A DNA stretch of 64,000 nt from contig CM120649.1 in NCBI GenBank assembly GCA_051362555.1, positions 17,808,567 to 17,872,566 of the forward strand, in the 5' to 3' direction. A program made the translations under genes and the position numbers. The notes under the pieces are model-generated. The model was not told the DNA's origin. It did no database searches and saw only the letters and a list, made by a program, of their open reading frames with translations. This document shows, piece by piece, positions 24,722 through 35,714 of this stretch. Position 1 is the stretch's first letter; each line of letters begins with the position of its first letter. The stretch comes from Lingula anatina. Its lineage: Eukaryota; Animalia; Brachiopoda.

Positions 24722-25747
24722 ATGGAAAAGCTGTTGGTTCTAAGTTTTTTGATAGGTGAGGACGTTATAACGTGGCACTCATATATAAAGGTCTTATTTC
24801 ATAGTTTTAGGGTGTTTTAGTATTGCAGTTTAAATATACAGTTTAAGTATACAAGCATGGTACATTTTAAAGGTCTTTTCACAAGACCTACTTAATTAAA
24901 AAAATAGCATCCTAAATGAAGAAAAAAAACAAAAAAAAAAAAAAAACAAATTGTTGTCTGTTACAGCCGCGGTCTGTGGGAAAGCAACCTGGGACCACTA
25001 CGACTACAACTACAACTATCTCGACGAAATGGCCGAATCTTTCTGCACTTCTGTCGCTCCTGCAGCAAGTATGGTATATGCCGTGAGGCGTAACTGCGCT
25101 GGGCAGACACCTACGTGTGACGGCGTGTGCAGAGCGCTTGCCGGGACTATGAGGGAAGATGTGAAAGGAAATATGGGATATAGCGGGTAAGTTTCTTCGT
25201 CTTTAAAGATTCAGTATTGTTATGTTAGCATGTTTTATACTACTACTACTACTACTAATAATAATAATGATAATAATTTATCCAGCTTATAAAGTTACAT
25301 ATTAATATTGCTGGTTGTGTATGCTACTGGACGACAGTTATAACTACTGGGCGCACTGAAGTTGCGGCGATATTATCGTATTTTTATTCCTTTAATAATC
25401 TATTTATATTGGCTCAGAAATAAACATGGACAGTAGGTAGCGGTTCTTGGATATCATGATAAGAATCTCCTTGAAACCATAAGTTTACTTTGGCTTGTCG
25501 GCATGGGCCAGTAATGCTCCAGCTTAATAAATCTGTATCTTCACAATTTCTCGTTTCGTTTAGATCCGGCTGCTACGAGGCCATCCATATATACAAACAG
25601 AGACCTCGCTTTGCGGTTAACCATGACTATCCTCAACCGGACGCAATGAAACTGGGACTGAAGATTTATCGTTATGGACAGCGGGCTGGGTGCGGCTGGA
25701 AGGCAAACCACTGCGGACCAAACTACTGTTGCTGTAGAGTTTGGTGA
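24722..25747 (+). CDS. Small secreted cysteine-rich protein of unknown function (145 aa, ends HCGPNYCCCRVW)
   Basis: Exons 24722-24755, 24967-25186, 25564-25747, GT-AG with phases 1 and 2 compatible (438 nt). Signal peptide MEKLLVLSFLIAAVCG; 10 Cys in the mature region. Confidence 0.9.
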
Positions 25748-27906
25748 AAAGCAAAGTAAACCGAGAATAGACGAACTGAATTAAAGTCGTACAGAAAAGA
25801 GAAATTGAATGCAGAATGCCTACAGAACAATGCTGAAACTCAATCTTGAACTTGTAGTCAAAGTTTATAATATGACATTGATGATGATAATTATAAAATA
25901 GTGAGGATGATGATGCATTTTTATTGACAACCAAAAAATTAACATTCACAGTGAAAATGCAATAGAAATCTAAAATACAAATTGGATTCAACCAAAATTA
26001 TATTTATGTATTAAAATACTTGGACTTCAGATTAAAGCGATATTTAAAAATGGAATTAGGTCTACTGATTTTTTAGGGTAATTTTTTTTGCTTGAGTAAA
26101 ATAAAATATTTATCTTATAATTTGCAAAATCATATTACCTCTTCTCCTAAGGGTATTGTAACCCATATTATTATCCAGTTGCCGAGGATGAGATTTTTCC
26201 AGCAACTTATTATTCAGTAATGCATCTTTCTTTGTGCTGATTTAAAACAATAAAAATTCCCTCGAAAATTCAAAATATCGGCGTTCTTTGTTGTAATTTA
26301 TAAGCATAGGTAGCTCAAAGTTTTAATCGTCAATTTAATAGCTTTCTATTTTAAGGTGAGATAGCAATCAGTATGGGACCTATCTTCATCCCTGAACAAG
26401 ATTTTACAACGAAAATTGACAGAGTTGACAATGAGTGTATCGGCTACAATCTTGTGGCGTCATTTTGGTTTAAATGTTTTTCTAATGTAGTTATGTACCC
26501 CTCATTACAGATTTTCATTAAAGAAAGGCGCTATTTTGTTTTCTTACGATAAAATCTGAACTAAGACTTTTAAAAAGAATCGCTTGCAGGCTTTAAGAGT
26601 AATAAATAGTGTCATTAAGTCGGCTTCGAAACGTTGATCGTGGGTGATGAGGTAAAAAAGAAAATTGAGAAACCGATTTTCAGTTTTATCCCAAATCGCA
26701 ATTATGACATCACGCGTAAGATGTGAGATTGTTAATTAGTTTCGTCACTGGACACTGATGATTTATCTACTACCCCAGAGAATGTATGTTATGCAATAAA
26801 TAAGGAGTTTTGGGCGAAGGGTGACAATATTCTTTGGAAGGTAGGTTAAAATTTAAAAAAAAAAACTGAACGAAGACAATTTTAGTGCAATAAATCGCGC
26901 ACAGGGACGGAAATGAGCTTCTTGTCTGTCATACTGCTTTTTATTAAGGAGACGTGTTGGTCCAGTGTTCGGTATATACCTGTATATATATATAGAAAGT
27001 CTTCCCCAACTAGTTATGTGACACATGCACAATCCACTACAAAGTGTGCTAGTTGTGCGATACAATTTACAACATTGTTTAATTTTGTGCACTACACTGT
27101 ATTTGAGAAGCCCTCGATATCAGACGGTGACAATCCTAACTCCGCCCCCCCCCCCCCCCCCCCCTAAATCTGAAGCCCCACGTGCTCTGACACACTATGT
27201 TCAGGTAGAAGGGTCAAAAACAATAGCGATGGCATGATTAACTACACTTGAGGTGGTTGGAAGAATAGTTTATCAGAAGACCTCGACATAGTTTTGAGAC
27301 TGTCACGAGGTGATCAACGTCTCGCATCTTCACCATTTTGAAAAGAGGTTTCTTCACGCATAGACGTGTTTGTGAGATCCTGCCCATTCTGTTTCAAATT
27401 ATGTGACAATATATATATAGGACGCAAGGATAATGGTTAGATTCTACTTTTGAATGATGAGAGTTTTGCCTGAAACTATTTTTCGGTGAAGGAATTTGAT
27501 TAGTTTAGTGATATATATTCAGACATGCAACTACTGATGTAGATCTTAAGTTTCGCAGCGACACTTTAGTACACGCACAGCAGGAATTGTAGTCACTGAA
27601 ACTGACTTCATCTTTTTGACGTCGTGCATATTCTGGACAAAAAAAACTACTTCTACTGATTTTATATGCATCGAAATTATTTTTGACCGGGACATTTCAA
27701 GAAGGAGAGACATCCGGGCTAAGCTGGTTTTCAAGTATTTATAGGAGCTGTGAGCAAGATAACATTTTGCTTGGTAGTTTAAAGAAACTCGAGCGCAGAA
27801 AGTCAAAGTCAAAGTCAAGGCCATGCGGTGACGGAATCAGGTAGGGGGAGTGGTTACCGTAAAAACTATTGATCGGTTAATTTGCACATATGGCGTCAAG
27901 ACGAAC

Positions 27907-27949
<43 letters not shown>

Positions 27950-30479
27950 CAAAATCGAAGTACAATTACCAATGAAGGGAAGTCTGTTGAACACAATGCC
28001 TCTCACTTTGTATCAACATTATTTGCACACGGTTATAATTTTGCATTTTGAGTACGTTGCTTGAGAATTTTTTTTTTGGTTTCCAGCTACTCTGCTTACG
28101 CGTAAAATACCTCTACTGTTGTAAGAAACCTGGGAAAGTAAGCCCAGGACCGAAGAAAACAGCATGACAGCATATCGTTTTCAAAATAGATAATCAGCTT
28201 TACTTAGACAAAGATATACTATTAAATACAACATGCGTCAGAAAACTTATACATGTATATCATGCGAAAACGTCCATGTTTGAGTCAATATGTCATTTGA
28301 AATACAATATGCGTTATTCCGGTAGGTTTTGCTGAAGTTTCATTTTGTAATTTCAGTTAAATTCTAGTAGCAGACGAAATATGGTTGGTAATGTGCAGGA
28401 TATCGTTTTATGGCATATGTTATATTGCTAAAATAACTCCGCAGTCTTTGTAATTGTTTATAAGGTATTGATCGGTTTCCTGGACCTATATCCACCTTAA
28501 AGACAGATAACATACTTATTGTGATGAATTTTGTTTGCTATTAAAATTTGAAAAACAGGTAATCTGAATTGCTTGATACAATCCACAGGCTGTCACAAGG
28601 TGATAACCTATGAATTGTATTAATAGGTTATCACGAGGTGATATATGCCCCAGGTGGGTGGAGCGGTAACCATCAAAACTATTTATCTCGCTGCTTATTT
28701 GCATATATATATTTAACTGATTTAACAAAGATGGCGAACACACACACACACATATATAACAAGAAAGATTTCCCATCAAAATACCTAAATCAAAGCACAG
28801 TAACTAATTAGAAAAGGGAAAGGTGTTGTACGTATTGAACAATGTGTGTTATAATAACCTGTAATGTTTAAATGAATATATCTTTATTATTTGCACACGT
28901 TAACATTTTTACTTTTTGCGTAAGTTAATTATAGTCTGTAAAAGAGTTACACGCTCCACAAAGGATCCTCATGTCAGTATCTATTCACAGCAATGGTCGC
29001 TGTTACGTCTGATCTCTTCTAGCTGCCAAGCGGCAAGGCATTCCTTGGGATAGGTTTTTAAAGTTCAATCTGGAATAACATTCCAGGCATCGGTCAAAAA
29101 TTGCCCAATTTGGTTCAGTTTTGCTGTAGGACATGTAGGCCGTTGATTCAGCGAGTAATGGCCTACTCACATATTGTCTATGTGGTTCAAATTTGGCAAT
29201 TTTGATCACCAAGGTAGCTCCTCATTTCTTTGGTTCTGTAAGTTATCTGCTATTAAAAGTGCTAGATGTGTTAACCGGCAATCTCACCGTGCAACCTAAA
29301 ATTGTTCTTAAGGTGTCCCCTGTCAAATGATAGCCAAATAGTTCCCAGATTTTTCCTTTATTTGATCTGGTGCAGGTTTTCGTCGATGACAACCATTGGT
29401 GTTTTGGCACCAACGTGGTTGGTATCCACTCCAAAATACTGACGCTGTCAATGACCCTTGTCACTTTAGACGTGGCACACGCTTCGCCGTGGGCCTGCTC
29501 TTGATGTCTGTAAACTCTGTTTGACTAGTTAAGCGGTACAGGTGAAATCCGACCTCAATAAAGAAAGCCACGCGGTTTCAGTGTTTTACCCAGAAACGGT
29601 CATGGTCCCCAATTCATTAGAGAAACAGACGGCGATGTTTTGCTGTTAATAGTGATATCCTCGGAGACCGCCTGGTATTCTAACCTGTTAAAACCAGTTC
29701 GGTATTCGCAAAGGGCCTTAAAAATGCGTTTTGGTAGCAATTTACCCCTCATTCGGAACGGACTGGGTGGTTTTTGTTTAGTTGCAGCAGCAGCATATCC
29801 CGAAAGACAATGGGTCCTGTACCCTGGTGGTAATATCACAGGGAACACTTTGGTCTGAGTTACTTCTCCAGCAGGTAACACAACAGCAGTGATATGTTTT
29901 CCAGAGAACAATTACAAACTGACTTCTCTCTACGTATATTTCTCTGGCTGAGAGATCTGGAGTCTCCTAAGACAGCAGGGACAATCCAGCTATCGGTTTG
30001 ACTGACCAAACTCACTCTGAGCTCTGATCTCCTATCTCTCTCTGATCTCTAATACAAAGTTCTTCTCCTTATATACTAATACACACAAAATACATTACAG
30101 TGATTCCTAAAACAAGTCAGAGATGTTGAAGCCAATTAACAGAATTAAGACATATTACAAGAGACTTTTAACATAATTAAAGTCAGACTGCTTTAAACTC
30201 CAACTTGGGGATTAAGCCATAAATAAAGTTATTCAATCCTTTTAAAACTGAAAACATCCTTTAAAACTTGGTAACAGTTATTTCCAATGAATAACATACA
30301 TTAACAGATTCATAAAATGTCATTATAAAAGAGACATCTGAACAATCTTTACCAAATGTTGATTTAATTTGATTTAAATGTGGAAGTTTCTAAAATGAAG
30401 TTTGGCCGTGAAATCACCACTATGACAGTAAGATTCCGATACATTGGGTATGGCCTCTGTGTAGGTACATCAGTCTGGG

Positions 30480-30670
30480 CATTACTCTATAAAACTGTGC
30501 GGACCGTTCTGTTTGGCGCAATAATCTGTCTGGCAATGTCTGTCTTTTTCGCGCCATTCTGCAACAGATTAGCAAATTTGTAAATTACTGCTTAACTCAT
30601 TTCACGCACTGTTAAACCGACCGCTTGCATGCAAACTTTCAAATTCTTCTATGTAGTTGTTGCCGACATA
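30480..30670 (-). pseudogene. Possible decayed Tc1-like transposase N-terminal HTH fragment
   Basis: Minus frame with stops reads VREMS*AVIYKFANLLQNGAKKTDIARQIIAPNRTVRTVL*, resembling the L..G.S...IAR.....STV paired-type HTH pattern; no DDE domain seen. Confidence 0.3.
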
Positions 30671-31488
30671 TGGATATTTTTTGACAGAACCATGATTTAA
30701 CAAAGCCAAGCCTTGACCAGCCCAAAGGAGCACTACCCAATTAAATCACTGCACATTACATAATACAGCACGCAACGGAAAAGGTAATCACTTAATTGGT
30801 AGAGACACACCTGACTACACACTTTCTCATACACATATCTTATATAAGATAGGGATTTTTAAAAAAAAAAAACGCATTTTTACCTAGGCACATCTTCAAA
30901 ACTGAAATATTCCATATTAAATGTCAAGTCTGTATACTACCTACATATGAAATTCTAAGTATCATGTGAAAACGTCGATATTTGAATCTGACAATCATTT
31001 ATAAATAGGAAACCCATTATGTATCTTACAACAGAATATTAAAAGACAACGCAACGGAGGTTAGTTGAGGATCATTAAAAACCATTAAAAAGGACCCTTT
31101 TGGAATAGGTGAATACAGAATATATCAATCAATTGCACAAACTGTCCTCGCTCACCCGTATGTGTGGTTAATGCACTGAAGTATGTTTGCAAAGTTTGAA
31201 AAATCGGTTATCTGAATAACTTTTAAGTTATTGTATTAACATACAATGTACAAAGTGTCACGAGGTGATCACAAAGTTCAACAAATAGGTTATTAATTAA
31301 TTAATTATCAGATGGACTTTGTCTAACTTACATAGATTCTGGACTGTCATGCGGGGACCATGAAGTTTGACAGATAGGTTATAAATTAATTATCAGATGG
31401 ACTTTGTTTAGTTTACATAATTTAGAGACTATCACGCGGTGATCACCAAGTTCAACAGATAGGTTATCGGGTGGGCTTTGTCTTAGTT

Positions 31489-31713
31489 AGGGACCATTCC
31501 CACAGATATTTGGATCGATCTATCTCCTTGCTTCTTGCTAAATTGCTTTCTGTCACACATAGTAAAGTTGTTAGGGGGTAACTATCTTTACCCTAGCTGG
31601 TTCGGTAGGCGTGACAGACACTTAAGCCGGTTAAGTTGATAGCAATTTAGTAAGACTCCCCAGGGAGTTAGACCGATCCAGATGGATCGATCTAGGCATG
31701 GAAACACAGTCTT
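31489..31713. mobile_element. MITE, member of a window-wide family of about 230-250 bp (Harbinger-like ends)
   Basis: Subterminal inverted motif gatcgatctatctcc...ttcttgctaaattgc / gcaatttagtaagactcc...ggagttagaccgatc; homologous in inverse orientation to 45101-45325. Confidence 0.7.
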
Positions 31714-32529
31714 AGAAACAGTCACGAGGTGAGTACCACCTCCCGTCTCCGTCATTTTGAAGAGACGTTTTTGTCGTACAAACGTGTGTAAAAGAGCCTG
31801 TTTCAATTTGACAAATTCAGCGAGAGTAGGACACGTGTTCAAAAGCTTGCCTCCATCTTAATCAGTGCGATTCCTTTTATATTTTACTGAGTTTTTTTTT
31901 GTGTAACTTACGATTTGTTGCGGATTTGTTGTGATATTATAAATACTATCTTATTTGAAACTGACTCTAAATTTTAATGGCTATGCTGTAATGCCAAGAA
32001 CCGCAACTGTTCATAATTAAATGGCGGTCCTCGGCGAGTGTAGCTGGTGAGTGTAGCCGTTTGGATCCCTGTAAATCAAAGGAGTGTTGGCTCACTAAGC
32101 AAATCTTTATATAATATTACGTCCCCGCGGCTCCCTGTTGTATTGCCTCCATAATTATCCACCTGATTGAACCTGTTTATTGTTTCCACCCGCGTCTCTT
32201 GCGCATCTCCGTGTTTAGGACAGATAGAAAGAAAGTCCCTCATGCTAGAAATGCTGTAAATTAGAGGCATTTTTGTGATCGATTGATCCTTCAGGTAGGC
32301 CCCTTAAATTTTGGTCAGTTGTTACCAATCAGGTGACCGAGGTTCACTGGTTTCTTGTGAAAGCTCATTAATCAGAAGTCAGATTATGTGCGGTACCACT
32401 TTCAAATCAGTAGCTATCTCTAAGTGGTCTTTTCATAACACACTGTTGCTTTAATGCCTCGTCTATAAAGATGTGGAAGGAAACATCAATAATATGAAAA
32501 CAATATAAAATAAAGCAATAATTTTTGTA

Positions 32530-33380
32530 TCATTATGCAGCTGAAGGATAGTTCTAAAGAAATCAGTAAAGTGAATTTTGTAATATTGCATAATCTGTAA
32601 ACAAATAAGGTCTGAGGTCAGCCGAGGTCAAATTCGGGGCATTTAAGGAAAAATAAACTAATAAGGTTATTTTTTAAAGGGAATGTAAGTCAAGATTATT
32701 GTTTTGTGTTTTTTTTCTGATAACGTTTAACCTTATTTAAGGGATTTCATGTGGTTTTACAATTAGCTGTATGAGACATTTATGAATGACATTAAGTGCT
32801 GTATGGGTGTTCAGACAATTGATAAATAGGCCTAATAAGGGTAAGGGGGGAAATGCTCACCATTTTATAGGTTTGTTAAATATTAATAAAAGGTATGCTC
32901 ATTTATTTAGCTGAAGGATAGTATTTTTTGTGTAAGTTAGCAATTAGTAGGTCAAAGGTCACCTGAGGTCAAATTTGAGGCATTTTCAGGAAATATTAAC
33001 CAAAAAAGGTTACTTAATTAAGCGGATTAAAATGAAAAATAATGTTTTGGATTATTTTTTATAAGTTGGTCTATATGTAAGGGAAATGTTGAGATTTTGA
33101 CTGTTTATTTTCCAAATGGAGACATTTTTGGAGGCAACAAGAGCTGTAGAGGGTGTTTTGTTCAAGTTTTGAATAATGGGGACGGGGGAGGAAAAATGCT
33201 CACCATGTAATTGGTTGCTAGATATTAATTCAAATTATCCTCATTTATTTTGCTAAAGAATTGCTCTAAAAGGTAAAGTAACCAAAATATATATTATTGT
33301 GCAATATAGCAATTTAAGTATGTAAAAATGCAAAGGTCATCTGAGTTCAAATTTAAAACATTTTCAGGAAAAATTAATCA
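32530..33380. repeat. Three degenerate copies of a repeat of about 340-380 bp
   Basis: aggtca..cgaggtcaaatt....gcattt..aggaaa recurs at about 32615, 32955 and 33335, with gctgaaggatag at 32540 and 32910 and aaatgctcaccat at 32851 and 33194. Confidence 0.65.
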
Positions 33381-34919
33381 AAAAGGTATAAAATCAAGGG
33401 AATGGAAATTAAATGTAATGCTTTGGATACCCCCCCCCCCCCCCCCAAAAAAAAAAGATGTTTCGTTTAATTTCTGAATGAATTCTGAATTAATGCTATG
33501 TAAAGGATTTCTTCGGCTGTTTAAAAACTCAGCACAGAAACAGCCTGTTTTAACCAATAGTTTTAACCACAAGTTAATTTGCGCTCCACTTTTTCGGTGT
33601 CCATCGTGTTGCTTTCATCGGGGAAAGCTGAGCTCATTATACATGTAATCTGTGCACGCACGACAGGAATTGCCGTGATAAAACTAACCCCGGCGATGTA
33701 TGTTTTTACCTTGTTGATGTTATGTACAAAAACTATAATTCTACTTAAGTTTCTCTGGGAGGTAATATGCATGCATTGTTTTTAGATCAGGAAGCAGGAG
33801 CACCACGAACGTGTTGACTTCAAAGAATCTATAGGATCACTCCTTGATGCGACTTTTTCTGTATGGCAAAGAAGCTCAAGAGCAGAAGGTCACGCGGTGA
33901 CGGAATCAGGTAGGAGGAGCGCTACTAGCTGACAAAAGTATTCACCCCCAACTTTAATTATTACATCTCTCTTTTCAGTTGATTTTCATTTTGGTATTAT
34001 AATTTATCAACCTTATTGCATAATTATCTTCACTTTCCTCGTGACGAATATCCCGGTAACTCCCTTCGCCACAAAAAGTTTTCATATAATTATTAAACAT
34101 AGCAAAAAATTCCTGTCTACTTTTGTAGTATTATAAACGTATTCATCTCGAAGTTTATTTATATTGTACATGGCGTCAACATATTTGCATAGATGACGTC
34201 AACAGATGTTACAAATATCCTTAGATAATCAATTTTGCAGCAGGGAACTATTTTCTCTGTGTGTGTCATAAATCTAGTTAGCGTAGAATATTAGCAAAAT
34301 GACTTCATATTATTTAAGTAGTTTTGGTCATGGGTAGGCCTTTATTTTATTTTGCCATTCATACTTATTTTATTGGAGGACCGTCGCACCGTCAGATGAC
34401 ATTTGAAACAAAGGGATGAAATGTTAGAGCCTTATGGGTCTATCTTTAAGTTACATGACAAATATCAATATTTTATTATCATTATTTGTCTAAAGGAATT
34501 TGATGATTATCATACCGTGTTCAAACATATTCGCTTGCGCCTAAAATGAGGGACGCCAACATACATGTACATGGATTAATATTTTTACTATTTCAGTCAG
34601 CTTATATAACCATTGTTGTTTTTTATTTAGGTTAATATTTCAGACAAACTTTTATAAACGCTGAGGGTTCAAACGCAAAATGGCCCGTATTCGACACACG
34701 ATCACTTTAAGTCATTTTTTTTAATAAAGCGGGACGATGGATGATTATCATTATGCTAACAAGCAGAGTGTGACACCAACTGTGGTTTCCTATCTGAAAG
34801 CTCAAAGCTGAAGTCACGTCGCTATACAAAGGGATTTCGAATTAACTTGAGTATTCAACGAACAGAAAACGAGCAACCAGCAGTAAAGTCAACGCAGCAG
34901 TAAACAAATACCTTTGTGC

Positions 34920-35200
34920 GTATAGAGAACAGTAAAGGAACTAACCCTCTGCTCAGAGCAGGGAGACCATGGTATACCACTGCCTCTGTGTGCTAGTAAA
35001 GAACAGTAAAAGGAAGCAACATTCAGCCCAGTGCAGGGCGACAGTCGAGATACCAGTGCAGGAAGGCAGCCGTTATACCAGTGCCTCTATGTGCTAGTAG
35101 AGATTAATAAAGGAAGCAAAGCTCGGCTCAGAGCAGGGAGACAGTCGATATACCAGTGCCTCTGTGTGCTAGTAGAGAATAGTAAAGGAAGCAACGGTCG
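34920..35200 (+). repeat. Degenerate tandem repeat of about 75 bp upstream of the Roco ATG
   Basis: agaa.agtaaaggaa.caa....gctcagagcagggagac...tatacca.tgcctctgtgtgctagta repeated about 3.5 times. Confidence 0.75.
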
Positions 35201-35714
35201 GCTGCCTTAATTTCTGTGCTATAAGAGTACAGGAACCAACAGTACAGGAACCCACAAAGCCTAGTACAGGAATAAGGTAACACTTTCATTACCTTTGTGT
35301 GAGTAAAGGGATTATACTAGTGCAGGAATGCTGTAAATATACCGGTATATTTGTGTGCTGGGAGACCACAACCATTGGAAACACAGTCAAGTGGAAGAAA
35401 ATTGGCAAACTTGAACGATTTGCTTTTTAATGATAGCTGCACAAAAACACACTCAGGCTCTGGTCTTCGTGTGATCCACTTACTTTAAGCAAAGGTTGAC
35501 ACCTTCCTATATCATGTTGCTGCTTCACACAATCTGGTTAACTTTCAAGGCAAATCATATCCTTTCCGACAACTTGGAGTGTAGCCTGGTCGTGAAATGC
35601 ACAGTAATTGGTGTATCAAACAGGGCGTTCACCCTTCTTTTAATTCCCGATTGGTAAAATAGTTGCGAATTATCTTTACGCATTTTCAGTTTCACATGTA
35701 CATGTACAATTAAA

